Source of the DNA: an uncultured Gammaproteobacteria bacterium
GTDB taxonomy: Bacteria; Patescibacteriota; Microgenomatia; UBA8517; JACQJR01
Direction: 5' to 3'
Assembly: GCA_964442455.1 (NCBI GenBank)
Contig: CAYTZB010000006.1
Location: forward strand, 9,532 to 73,531
DNA: 64,000 nucleotides
Every line of letters begins with the position of its first letter. Position 1 is the first letter of the stretch. The translations under genes and the position numbers were made by a program. The notes below the pieces were generated by a model. That model worked only from the letters and a program-made list of their open reading frames with translations. It had not been told where the DNA came from and did not search any database. Shown here piece by piece: positions 44,302 through 53,511 of this stretch.

Positions 44302-45117
44302 CTATAGTTTGATTCCCGGTCTTGCTGCCATGGGAGCAACGCTCGGAGTTATTTTAGTGGTAGCTGCGATTGCGGGAGAATTTGTCTGGAATAAGTAAAG
44401 GGAGTTTCTTGCCGTTCTGTCAACACGATATCCGAAGATGTCACGCAATTGCTGGAATCGTTGGACTCGCACTTGGCCTTCATAGTTATCCGGCCCCACC
44501 CCTAAATATGAGCGGATTGCATCCTCAAGAGTCCAGTAGGACTGTTGTGCTTCTTTCTCCGGATTTTTTCCATACGCGTCCAAGGCATCGCGGTCAAGCT
44601 TCCACGCACCCCAGAGGATTTCTCTCCAGTCGTCGGAGTTATCATACTGCGCAAGCCATTCGTGTCCTCTGACTGCTTTCTCAACTTCAGAATCAGGGTG
44701 GTCGGGGATATATCGTTGCATCGTGCCGTATTGTCCATTGCGGATTACATAGGTTCTGGGATCAAGGGAACATGTACTCTCTGCATCCTGAAGCATCCAG
44801 GGTAAATACCAAGGAACATAATAAGCGTCCTGTGCAACCCTATGAAACACATAATATGTGCGAAGAATATCGAGGTTTCCTAATACTCCACTGGGTCGTA
44901 ATTTTGCGATTGTACCATAATGCTCAAGGAAGAGTGGCACGACTACTTCCTCGAATTCTCTGCGATAATAAGCAAGTTTTTCCTCGTTTTCAAGAAACAA
45001 ACCAATGAGTTTACCTAATTCATGCGGAGCGAAGGCAGCCATAAGTGCACTTTTTTGCGCACTTTCAAACAACTGGCGGCGAGAGAGTCGCTGAGAAAGC
45101 AAAATTTCTATTCTCAT
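44302..45117 (-). CDS. Hypothetical protein (271 aa)
   Basis: Long ORF with host-like GC content. Its 3' end is ambiguous because it overlaps a plausible small plus-strand membrane ORF at 44213-44398. Confidence 0.45.
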   Translation of the reverse strand: MRIEILLSQRLSRRQLFESAQKSALMAAFAPHELGKLIGLFLENEEKLAYYRREFEEVVVPLFLEHYGTIAKLRPSGVLGNLDILRTYYVFHRVAQDAYYVPWYLPWMLQDAESTCSLDPRTYVIRNGQYGTMQRYIPDHPDSEVEKAVRGHEWLAQYDNSDDWREILWGAWKLDRDALDAYGKNPEKEAQQSYWTLEDAIRSYLGVGPDNYEGQVRVQRFQQLRDIFGYRVDRTARNSLYLFQTNSPAIAATTKITPSVAPMAARPGIKL

Positions 45118-45613
45118 AATAGTTTTTTAAAAGTTACCCGCAGGGTGCGAAAAAGCCGCGCCTGCCTGCCTCGCCTGCGCGAGCAGGGCAGACAGGCAAA
45201 AAAGCGCGAGATTGGAAAAGGGAAAAATACAAAATCTCTCAGGGTTTTGAGAGTGAAGAAAGATTTCCCCCTTCCTTGGCACCCAGTCCCTCGCCAAAAG
45301 CGTTAAGCATTTAGGCGGGCGGGTTGTCGGATGCTTGTTGTCTTGCGGCGGAAGTACCGCGCTTGCCCTTCTCCTTCGACTAGCTCAGGATCAGGACAGT
45401 CCTAGCATCTCTTGGCATTGTCAATTAGGGAGAGTATAATGTTATAAGCTTGTAGATGTCAAGTTTCTTGCAAAAACATATTTTTTGGTGTATGCTAAAG
45501 TAGTTCTGGTTTGTGAACTTTTCGTAAAGCCTCTTTTGCTTGCTACTTGGCTGGCTAGGGCCCCGTTAGTTTACTTTCACCAGAAAAATAAAAAAAGAAG
45601 GAGGTGAATGAGT

Positions 45614-45916
45614 ATGGCAAAAAACCTTTATGTAGGCAATCTCTCTTTTGATGTCGATACGACAAAATTAGGAGAAATCTTTGGTGCTGCGGGAACAGTT
45701 GTTTCTACACAAGTTATAACTGACCGATACTCTGGTCGTTCTCGAGGGTTTGGATTTGTTGAGATGTCGACCGATGAGGAGGCACAAAAGGCAATTGAAA
45801 TGTTCAATGGAAAAGATGTGGATGGAAGAGCGCTCGTTGTGAATGAAGCAAGACCTAGGGAAGAGCGACCAAGAGAAGATAGGCCACGTCGTTCATTTCA
45901 AGATAGGCGAAGATAA
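45614..45916 (+). CDS. RRM-type RNA-binding protein
   Basis: RNP-2 LYVGNL and RNP-1 RGFGFVEM. Strong SD AAGGAGGTG 7 nt upstream of ATG 45614. Arg/Glu-rich tail. Confidence 0.8.
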   Translation: MAKNLYVGNLSFDVDTTKLGEIFGAAGTVVSTQVITDRYSGRSRGFGFVEMSTDEEAQKAIEMFNGKDVDGRALVVNEARPREERPREDRPRRSFQDRRR

Positions 45917-45938
45917 TCAAATACGTTAAAATTAAGGC

Positions 45939-46928
45939 GTGAAGAAATTCTTTGTTGGCCTTTTTCTTGTGGCGGCTTTGCTGCTTGTTCTTTTACCTCA
46001 GCCGAAACTTTCCTATCAAAAACCTGTTTGGGGATTTTCCTATTCTCCAAAATATGCGAGTAGCTTGGGTTTGGACTGGAGACAAAGTTATATTTTTTTA
46101 TTGGATGAGTTAAAACCTGCAAGCGTTCGGGTACCTCTTTATTGGGATGAGACAGAAACCACGCCGAGAGTGTTTTCGTTTGAACCGCTAGAATTCTTGC
46201 TTGCGGAAGCGCACAAGAGAAATATTCCGGTGGTGCTCAATGTGGGGTATAGAGTGTTTCGGTATCCCGAGTGTCATGTACCCGAATGGGCAAAGACACT
46301 TTCTCAACACGAACTTGAGGACGCAGAACGTTCTTATTTGTCTCGTGTGGTACGATATCTTTCTGAAACTTCTCTTGCTGCCTCTCTTGAGGCAATTCAG
46401 ATAGAAAATGAGGCACGAAACCAGCTCCAAAAAAATTGTCCCCCAACCCCCTATACGCAGCTTGAGAGTGAAGGGGCGCTTTTTAGGGAGGCATTTCCGC
46501 ATATTCCGCTTGTGCTGACGTGGGCAGGAGATCTTCCGCCCTCTGACTACAGGGAATACATTCGATATGGGGATATCATCGCAGTGAGTTTCTTTCCGCG
46601 ACGCTGGAATCATGTACTCCATATCTATGACGAAGTCTTCAGCTGGGGGATTTTCTCAATTCGTCATATTGGTCGGGAGCGGGCAACGGCTGAGGCAGCA
46701 GGAAAACGGTTTTGGATTTCTGAATTCGAAGCCGAGCCCTGGGGAGAAGAAAAAGAAACAGCAACCCCCGAACGGCTCCTTGACTACAAAAAATTGCTTG
46801 ACTCATATGGAGGTGCAGAGCGTGTGTACTTGTGGGGAGCTGAATGGTGGGTATGGAAGGTACAACAGGGAGACTCAACAATCTTTGAATTCATTAAGGA
46901 GTTGACAAAAGGGAACGGGGTACAATAG
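45939..46928 (+). CDS. Secreted TIM-barrel glycoside hydrolase-like protein (GH5-like clan)
   Basis: Signal peptide. QIENEA (acid/base-like NEP region) and ISEFEAEPWG (nucleophile-like). Family not determinable by eye. Confidence 0.4.
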   Translation: MKKFFVGLFLVAALLLVLLPQPKLSYQKPVWGFSYSPKYASSLGLDWRQSYIFLLDELKPASVRVPLYWDETETTPRVFSFEPLEFLLAEAHKRNIPVVLNVGYRVFRYPECHVPEWAKTLSQHELEDAERSYLSRVVRYLSETSLAASLEAIQIENEARNQLQKNCPPTPYTQLESEGALFREAFPHIPLVLTWAGDLPPSDYREYIRYGDIIAVSFFPRRWNHVLHIYDEVFSWGIFSIRHIGRERATAEAAGKRFWISEFEAEPWGEEKETATPERLLDYKKLLDSYGGAERVYLWGAEWWVWKVQQGDSTIFEFIKELTKGNGVQ

Positions 46929-46940
46929 AGTTAAAGAGGG

Positions 46941-47147
46941 GTGAGAATGGTGGCAAAGAAAAGAGCGACAAGTGCCCGTTCTAGGTGGGAAATGTATTCC
47001 CAAGTGCTTATTTCAGGTGCAATTCTTGCTGTTTTTTTGGCGGCAGTAGGATATCTTGGTGCTGATATTTGGCTTGCTTCAACGCAGTGGCTACTGGTTG
47101 CGGCAGTTTTGGCAGCATTAGGAGTGTACGCAAAGCTTGAGAAATAA
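46941..47147 (+). CDS. Small two-TM membrane protein (68 aa)
   Basis: Hydrophobic hairpin. SD-like AGAGGGGTGAG upstream. Confidence 0.35.
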   Translation: MRMVAKKRATSARSRWEMYSQVLISGAILAVFLAAVGYLGADIWLASTQWLLVAAVLAALGVYAKLEK

Positions 47148-47244
47148 GCGAAGCTTGTTTCTCACAAGTTCGAAATAATAGTTTGCCAGGCACCATAAGG
47201 TACCTGATGCGGCCATTGTGCGGTAAAAATGCGGTGTTTTAATC

Positions 47245-47391
47245 ATGAATCCCTATCCCCAGAGTACAAGTCCATCTCAGAGTGAAGGTGTACAACAATG
47301 TCCCAACTGTGGATTTCCCATTGGCGCAGTTGCGGGGAGTAAAGAGGCCCTCTGTCCGAATTGTGGTTTTAAAGATCCGTGCTGTGAATAA
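47245..47391 (+). CDS. Small zinc-ribbon protein (48 aa)
   Basis: Manual translation MNPYPQSTSPSQSEGVQQCPNCGFPIGAVAGSKEALCPNCGFKDPCCE with duplicated CPNCGF. Confidence 0.35.
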   Translation: MNPYPQSTSPSQSEGVQQCPNCGFPIGAVAGSKEALCPNCGFKDPCCE

Positions 47392-47429
47392 AATAGTGGT
47401 GAGTAGAACAGTGACAACTGATTAGTCAA

Positions 47430-48374
47430 ATGAAGAAGATTCTAATTGCCAGCATTTTATTATTCCTTACTCTTATTGCATTTGCAAAAATTTCCCATGC
47501 TGCATTTCTAATAATTGATGAGCAGGGGAATCTCGTGTGGCAAGTGTTAAGCGAAGGAAGCGATGATGGTGATAGAGATAGAAGTGGTGAGTCGTCAAGT
47601 GGGTCAAGTAGTTCATCTTCTTCAGGTTCCGGATCTTCTGGAAGTTCAGACTCAAGTTCAAGCGTTTCTTCGACTCCCAAACCAGAAGAGGAAAATGAAG
47701 CAGAGGGAGGGGAGACGCGGATTGAGGTGCGCACGACCAACCGTGGCACAGGAACAGAAACGGGGACTGAAGTACGCATTCGCACAGAAGAAGGGAGGGT
47801 GAGACTTGAAGTTTCAACCCCCTCAGGCCAAACAGAGATGGATGTGACTGAAATGGAAGGAGATATCGTGCGAATTCGAGAGCGAGAAGAGGAGCAAGAA
47901 ATACGTATCAGAGCACGAAATGGACGAATTGAGATTAGACAACGTGGAGTTGGTGCACTCACCAATTTCCCGGTGAGTGTTAATCCCGAAACAAACGAGC
48001 TCACTGTAACTACTCCCTCTGGAACACGGGTAGTTACAATTCTTCCCAGTGTTGCCGTTGCCAACATACTTCAAAGTAACATCATGGACAGAATTCTTAC
48101 GACCTTGACGCCTACTCCCTCTCCGGCCACTTCGCCAGAACCAACAAGTGCAAGTGAAGCAGGAGAGCTGGAAGAAGCCGAGCAAGAAATTGAATTAGAG
48201 GAAGAAGGTGGAGTAGTTGTATTCAAAATTAGAGGTATAAAAGACGCACGTTTCCTAAACATCTTTCCTACTCAAACACCGGTTACTGCATTGGTTTCTG
48301 TGCAGACAGGAGAGGTATTATCTGTTGAGCGCCCTTGGTTTTTAAACCTCTTCGGCTTCCTTTTTGCGCAGTAG
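47430..48374 (+). CDS. Secreted low-complexity (poly-Ser then Glu/Arg-rich) protein
   Basis: Signal peptide. SSGSSSSSSSGSGSSGSS run followed by E/R/T-rich beta-like repeats. Confidence 0.5.
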   Translation: MKKILIASILLFLTLIAFAKISHAAFLIIDEQGNLVWQVLSEGSDDGDRDRSGESSSGSSSSSSSGSGSSGSSDSSSSVSSTPKPEEENEAEGGETRIEVRTTNRGTGTETGTEVRIRTEEGRVRLEVSTPSGQTEMDVTEMEGDIVRIREREEEQEIRIRARNGRIEIRQRGVGALTNFPVSVNPETNELTVTTPSGTRVVTILPSVAVANILQSNIMDRILTTLTPTPSPATSPEPTSASEAGELEEAEQEIELEEEGGVVVFKIRGIKDARFLNIFPTQTPVTALVSVQTGEVLSVERPWFLNLFGFLFAQ

Positions 48375-48398
48375 GGTATCACATGCTACACTAACTTC

Positions 48399-49142
48399 AT
48401 GAGCATTATTTTTCCTGTTTTTGGGCTGGCGTTTTTGGGTAGCATTGCAGGACTTCTTGGTGGAGTAATTCTTCTTACTAGCAGAAGGGCAGGAAAATTT
48501 CTTTCGGTTCACGCAGTCGCTTTTGCGGCGGGAGTACTCCTTACTGTAGCGCTCCTCGACTTGATTCCGGAAGCGTTTGAGATGGCAGGTGAAAATGCCC
48601 CTCTTATTATTCTTCTTGTTATGGTTGCCGCATTTTTGCTTGAACAATTTGTGGTCCATTTTCACCACCACGAAGAGCACAAACACAACGATTTGGAAAC
48701 AGCAATTCCTATAGTCCTTGTTGGTGATGCAGCGCACAACTTACTTGACGGCGTGGCAATTGCTGCTGCGTTTTTAACCGAACCACGATTGGGAGTATTT
48801 GTGGCGCTCGCAACGTTTTTGCATGAAGTTCCTCAAGAGATTGGTGATTTTGGAATTCTTCTTTCTGCTGGATGGGGAAAAATCCGTATTATTTTGTTTA
48901 ATCTTTTAACTGCCTTGACCACATTTTTAGGCGCTGGAATAACACTTCTTTTTGCGGAGTTAGTGAGTGGTATAACACAATATTTTTTGGCAATTGCTGC
49001 CGGACTTTTCTTATACATTGCTGCAACCGATTTATTACCAAAGATTGGAGGTCGTGCTCGTGATATCAGATGGCATCAATCCTTTTTGTTTTTAGCAGGA
49101 GTTTTAGTTATGTTTGCAGTTACCAGTATTTTCCCGGATTAA
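48399..49142 (+). CDS. zupT: ZIP-family zinc/metal transporter
   Basis: HEVPQEIGDFGIL signature, His-rich loop HFHHHEEHKH, 8 TM. Confidence 0.8.
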   Translation: MSIIFPVFGLAFLGSIAGLLGGVILLTSRRAGKFLSVHAVAFAAGVLLTVALLDLIPEAFEMAGENAPLIILLVMVAAFLLEQFVVHFHHHEEHKHNDLETAIPIVLVGDAAHNLLDGVAIAAAFLTEPRLGVFVALATFLHEVPQEIGDFGILLSAGWGKIRIILFNLLTALTTFLGAGITLLFAELVSGITQYFLAIAAGLFLYIAATDLLPKIGGRARDIRWHQSFLFLAGVLVMFAVTSIFPD

Positions 49143-49163
49143 GCATGTTCGAAAGAAACAAGT

Positions 49164-49913
49164 TTGTTTCTCGCTATGTTCGAAATTAGTTTTCCAATTG
49201 CGTTTGTTGCGGGCATCGTTTCATTCTTCGCACCCTGCGTAGTACCGCTTCTTCCTACCTATGTTGCCTATGTTTCAGGTGTTTCGCTTGGGCAGTTACG
49301 TGGAGGGATAACAGCATATCAAAGTAAACTTTTGGTTTCTTCCCTGTTTTACATTATTGGTTTCTCTCTCATTTTTGTATTGTTTGGAACAGCTGCAGGC
49401 AGTATTGGGAGTCTTTTGCGTCAATATCAGTTATGGATTCAAATAATCGGGGGATTGTTCGTTATAGTATTTGGGCTTGAATTTGCCGGATTTTTGCATA
49501 TACCGCTTTTAGCGCGTGGGGGTTCGGTTTCTCTCCCCGCCTGGACAGCAAAGCTTGGATATGCGCGTTCCCTCCTTATTGGAATCCTTTTTGCAATTGT
49601 ATGGACACCGTGTATTGGAGTAGTGCTGGGTTCAATTCTTACAATTGCAGCCGTCCAGGCAACAGCACTACAGGGCGCGCTACTCCTTTTTGTGTATTCT
49701 CTTGGCATTTCCATACCATTTTTAATTGTTGCGGCAACCCTTGCGCAGGCACCAAAATATCTTCAAACAATAGCACGGCATACCGGTCTTATTTCTCGCG
49801 TTGCAGGCCTTCTCTTAGTTGCTATTGGTCTCTTACTTGTCACCGACACGTACAAGTATGTGAACGGGTGGATTTTTGAGATAGCATTCAAATGGGGATA
49901 CCAAATCAGATAG
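49164..49913 (+). CDS. ccdA: Cytochrome c-type biogenesis/thiol-disulfide transporter CcdA (DsbD TM-domain family)
   Basis: SFFAPCVVPLLP and second Cys in WTPCIG. Six TM. Confidence 0.75.
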   Translation: MFLAMFEISFPIAFVAGIVSFFAPCVVPLLPTYVAYVSGVSLGQLRGGITAYQSKLLVSSLFYIIGFSLIFVLFGTAAGSIGSLLRQYQLWIQIIGGLFVIVFGLEFAGFLHIPLLARGGSVSLPAWTAKLGYARSLLIGILFAIVWTPCIGVVLGSILTIAAVQATALQGALLLFVYSLGISIPFLIVAATLAQAPKYLQTIARHTGLISRVAGLLLVAIGLLLVTDTYKYVNGWIFEIAFKWGYQIR

Positions 49914-50146
49914 TCGGGCGTCGGCCTGCCTGCGCAGGCAGGGTTTCAGTTGTCAGGTATGCAAAAGTCAAAGTTAAAAGAATTGTTATTTAGAATTACT
50001 GTTGTTATTTTGATTGGTGGAGCGACCCTTTTCATCTTTTGGTGGGGAGGACGGTTGGCAGGACAATAGTGGTAGACAGGAAAGAAGAGAAATAATACAA
50101 TTAAAAATAAACATGACTTTTTCTGGATTTAAGGAGGTGAGAACTA

Positions 50147-50614
50147 GTGGGTAACAAAGGACCGCTTATTGGACTTGGTATCTTGGTTGCGGTTGTGGTG
50201 GTAGGTGGAGGTTTTCTCCTCTTTGGAGGCAACAAGGGAACATCGACTTATACACAAACTACCAGAAGTCCATCGCCCGCCACCACCGTACAGTCTTCTC
50301 CCCAGGGTTCACCTACCAGTGGGAGTAGTGGACAAGAAGTTCGCGAGATAACTATTTCTGCAAGTGAATATAAGTTCACACCAGCAACCTTAAATATAAA
50401 AACAGGAGAGCGAGTGCGGATAACATTTCGCAACACGGGTCGTCTTCCTCACAACTTAACTATAGATGAACTTGATGTCGAAACCGATAATATTCCTGCG
50501 GGTAAAGAAACTACTGTTGAGTTTACAGCAAGCAAGGGAGGAACGTTTACCGCTTATTGTAGCGTGGGTAACCACCAAGCGCTGGGAATGGAAGTAAAAG
50601 TAGAGGTTAAATAA
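50147..50614 (+). CDS. Membrane-anchored cupredoxin-like copper protein
   Basis: GTG start after SD AAGGAGGTG. N-terminal TM. Copper-site residues H (LPHNL) and C-x4-H-x4-M (YCSVGNHQALGM). Confidence 0.65.
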   Translation: MGNKGPLIGLGILVAVVVVGGGFLLFGGNKGTSTYTQTTRSPSPATTVQSSPQGSPTSGSSGQEVREITISASEYKFTPATLNIKTGERVRITFRNTGRLPHNLTIDELDVETDNIPAGKETTVEFTASKGGTFTAYCSVGNHQALGMEVKVEVK

Positions 50615-50615
50615 A

Positions 50616-50856
50616 ATTAACCTAATTGACCTAATTTCTAATTTCGAGCAAAGCGAGAAACAAGCTCTGCTTATAACAGCATTCAAGAAAACTCCCGACT
50701 TTTATTCGGGTGATGAATTGAACGCTGATATGTCATTCTCCTTTAGAGGAGAAACCCCGCTCTTTAGAGCGGGGAGAATGTCATTGCTCTAAAAATTTTG
50801 GGCATTGGGACATTGAGATTTGATTAGGAATTAGAATAATTAGGAATTAGAAATTT
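50616..50856. repeat. Intergenic inverted-repeat element (CTAATTTCTAATT arm ... AATTAGAATAATTAGGAATTAGAAATT arm) with internal nested hairpins
   Basis: 44-bp core ctaatttctaatttcgagcaaagcgagaaacaagctctgcttat identical to 51889-51932. Right arm identical to 51988-52016. Related copies at 12008-12150, 31407-31514, 56785-56823 and 22881-22905. Confidence 0.7.
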
Positions 50857-50876
50857 CAACAAGGGGGTGATAGAGC

Positions 50877-51128
50877 GTGCAAGTAAAAATCTATTCGACC
50901 GTGACCTGTCCCTATTGCAAAATGCTCAAAGACTATTTAACCGAGCATGGCATTCCATTTGAGAACGTGTTTGTGGATCAAGATGAGAAGGGAAGAGAGG
51001 ATATGATGCAGGCATCAGGCGGATTTTTAGGAGTACCGTTTACCGTAATAACAAAAGATGATGGGACAAAGGAGACTGTACTTGGGTTTGACAAAAATAA
51101 GATAAATAGTGTACTCGGTCTTCAGTAG
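50877..51128 (+). CDS. Glutaredoxin-like protein (NrdH/Grx family)
   Basis: CPYC active site, 83 aa. Confidence 0.75.
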   Translation: MQVKIYSTVTCPYCKMLKDYLTEHGIPFENVFVDQDEKGREDMMQASGGFLGVPFTVITKDDGTKETVLGFDKNKINSVLGLQ

Positions 51129-51215
51129 GATGCTTGGTAAAATTTGTTTGCCAGATAACTCGCCTCCTGCCAATGATACTTGTGATACCTTTGATACTTG
51201 TGATACCTTTTAAAT

Positions 51216-51878
51216 GTGATTTTCGTTAACTTTAAAACCTACAAGGAAGCAACGGGAGCTCGGGCAGTTGATCTCGTCCGCACACTGCTTGAATGTGAGA
51301 CAGAAGCATCTATTCCTATAGTACCAGTTGTACAGGTTGTGGATGCACGAGAGTGTGTAAAAGTTTCAAAGAGCACGGTGTGGGTACAACATATTGATGG
51401 CGTGAAATACGGACAATTTACAGGATGGACGTTGCCTGAAGCAGTTGCTGAGACAGGAATAAAAGGCACTTTTTTAAATCATTCAGAAAACAAAAAGGAT
51501 ATGGCGGATCTTACTGCGATTGTTTCGCGATGCAGCGAAGTTGGCTTAAAAACGCTCATTTTCGCAGGTGATACCGATGAGCTCACACAAGTTGTCTCGC
51601 TTGCACCTAGCTATGTATCATATGAGCCGCCGGAACTTATTGCCTCAAAAGACACTTCAGTTGCTCGAGCAAAGCCAGAAATTATTGCTGATGCTGCAAA
51701 GATTGCAAAAACCGCTGGTGTTCCTTTAATCGTTGGGGCGGGAGTAAAGGATAGTGGTGATGTCAGACGAAGTTTAGAATTGGGTGCAGTCGGTGTGGCA
51801 GTTTCATCAGCGGTTGTTTTAGCAGCAAATCCAAAAGATGTGGTTTTGGGGTTAGCGAAAGGATTTAGTAAGAATTGA
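51216..51878 (+). CDS. tpiA: Triosephosphate isomerase, archaeal-type short form
   Basis: FLNHSE (GHSERR-like), YEPPELIA, IVGAGV motifs. About 220 aa as in archaeal TIMs. Confidence 0.75.
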   Translation: MIFVNFKTYKEATGARAVDLVRTLLECETEASIPIVPVVQVVDARECVKVSKSTVWVQHIDGVKYGQFTGWTLPEAVAETGIKGTFLNHSENKKDMADLTAIVSRCSEVGLKTLIFAGDTDELTQVVSLAPSYVSYEPPELIASKDTSVARAKPEIIADAAKIAKTAGVPLIVGAGVKDSGDVRRSLELGAVGVAVSSAVVLAANPKDVVLGLAKGFSKN

Positions 51879-52016
51879 CCTAATTAATCTAATTTCTAAT
51901 TTCGAGCAAAGCGAGAAACAAGCTCTGCTTATTGCTCTAAAGAATGTCCAAAATTTAGAAATTTCCCAAATTGGGATTTATTTAGGTTAATTAGAATAAT
52001 TAGGAATTAGAAATTT
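51874..52016. repeat. Second copy of the intergenic AATTAG/CTAATT inverted-repeat element
   Basis: See 50616-50856. Same left core and same right arm, shorter centre. Confidence 0.7.
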
Positions 52017-52484
52017 ATGAAGGTATTTATCGGGTCAGACCATGGTGGTTTTCAGCTTAAGGAGGAACTTAAGAGATACCTTGGAGACTTGGGGCATGAA
52101 GTAGAGGATATGGGAGGTCATGAATTAAATCCAGAGGATGATTACCCGGATTTTATATTTCCTGTTGCCCTTCGCGTTGCTCAGGATAAACTTCACGGCG
52201 AGAATGTCGTAGGTATTGTAATAGGAAGGTCAGGGAATGGAGAAGTAATTGCTGCCAACAAAGTTAAAGGGATACGGGCTGCGCTGTGCACAGATCAGGA
52301 GATGGCGCGGCATGCGCGTGAGCATAACGATGCAAACATTTTGTCCTTGGGGGCAGATGTTATAGACATAGAAAGTGCAAAAGAGATAGTAAAAGTATTC
52401 CTGGAGACTCCTTTCTCAAGTGAAGAGCGGCATAAAAGGCGTCTTGCCAAAATAGCTGATTATGAAACTGCCCACACTAAATGA
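52017..52484 (+). CDS. rpiB: Ribose-5-phosphate isomerase B
   Basis: GSDHGG, GNGEVIAANKVKGIRAA motifs. Confidence 0.85.
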   Translation: MKVFIGSDHGGFQLKEELKRYLGDLGHEVEDMGGHELNPEDDYPDFIFPVALRVAQDKLHGENVVGIVIGRSGNGEVIAANKVKGIRAALCTDQEMARHAREHNDANILSLGADVIDIESAKEIVKVFLETPFSSEERHKRRLAKIADYETAHTK

Positions 52485-53463
52485 GATACCCCTTAGAGAT
52501 AAAAGAGTACTTCTGCGTCTTGATACAGACCTTCCCGTTGAAGATGGGAAGATAATTGATGAGTACCGACTCAAAGCCAGTATTCCTACACTAGAGTTTT
52601 TACAAGAGCAAAAGGCAGAAATTATCATCTTAGGTCATAGAGGCCACCCAAAAGAGGAGAAAAAAGAGGATTTATCATTAAGACCTGTAGCAAATGCATT
52701 ATCAGAACTCGTAAATTATGAAATTCCTGTCATAAACGAGTGGCTCGATGGAGGATTTGAGGATAGAAAAATTGTAATGCTTGAGAACTTGCGATTCGAT
52801 ATTCATGAGGAAGAAAATGACCCAGAATTTGCTAAAAAGTTAGCACAATTGGGAGAAGTATATATCAATGAATCCTTTGCTGATAGCCATCGGGAGCATG
52901 CATCTATCATCGGACTCCCTCTCCTGTTGCCTCATGCCGCAGGGCTTCATTTAATAGAAGAGGTGGTACATTTAAGTCGAGTTTTTGATAATCCAAGAAG
53001 GCCTGTAGTAATTATCGTGGGCGGTGCGAAAGAAGAAAAAACGCAGTATATCCCGGCATTTGAGAATAGTGCTGACTGGATTTTAGTAGGCGGGCTGCTT
53101 CCTCGTTTTATCTCTCCATCGTTAAAAGTGAAAGTAGCCCAATTGATTCCTTCGGGAAGGGATATCACTTCGGCTGCTGCTCGCGAATTTGCTGCAGTTG
53201 TAGAAAAAGCAGGCACTATTGTATGGAACGGACCCCTGGGAATGTATGAGAAGGAAGAATATAGAGCGGGTACAGAAATAGTTGCACGAGCGCTCGTAGA
53301 AAGCGATGCGTATAAAGTTGTTGGGGGAGGCGATACGGTTGCTGCTTTGACAACTCTTAAAATTTTATCCACAATTGAATGGGTGTCAACAGGAGGAGGA
53401 GCAATGCTGGAATTTTTGGCAAATGGTGATCTGCCGGGACTCAAGGCATTAAGAAATGGTTAA
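52462..53463 (+). CDS. pgk: Phosphoglycerate kinase (short form)
   Basis: RVLLRLDTDLPV N-terminal motif. VVGGGDTVAA and STGGGAMLEFL C-terminal motifs. Confidence 0.8.
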   Translation: MKLPTLNEIPLRDKRVLLRLDTDLPVEDGKIIDEYRLKASIPTLEFLQEQKAEIIILGHRGHPKEEKKEDLSLRPVANALSELVNYEIPVINEWLDGGFEDRKIVMLENLRFDIHEEENDPEFAKKLAQLGEVYINESFADSHREHASIIGLPLLLPHAAGLHLIEEVVHLSRVFDNPRRPVVIIVGGAKEEKTQYIPAFENSADWILVGGLLPRFISPSLKVKVAQLIPSGRDITSAAAREFAAVVEKAGTIVWNGPLGMYEKEEYRAGTEIVARALVESDAYKVVGGGDTVAALTTLKILSTIEWVSTGGGAMLEFLANGDLPGLKALRNG

Positions 53464-53511
53464 ATGGTTGATTGTTAATTGTTAATTGTGTAGCCATTTA
53501 GCCATGTAACT

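Noticed and set aside
44213-44398. 61-aa plus-strand membrane micro-ORF overlapping the 3' end of the 44302-45117 minus gene
   Set aside because: Only one of the two overlapping frames can be real. The plus ORF has a good TM helix, but without conservation data I cannot choose. Noted as ambiguous rather than called.
45118-45607. RNase P RNA or SRP RNA in the long spacer
   Set aside because: No P4 consensus (AGGAAAGTCCGGGCTCC / ACAGAACCCGGCTTA-like) and no SRP domain IV GGAA tetraloop motif detectable by eye. Left as unassigned structured leader.
49958-50068. 36-aa membrane micro-ORF MQKSKLKELLFRITVVILIGGATLFIFWWGGRLAGQ between ccdA and the cupredoxin gene
   Set aside because: Too short to support without conservation. 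Could equally be a leader region.
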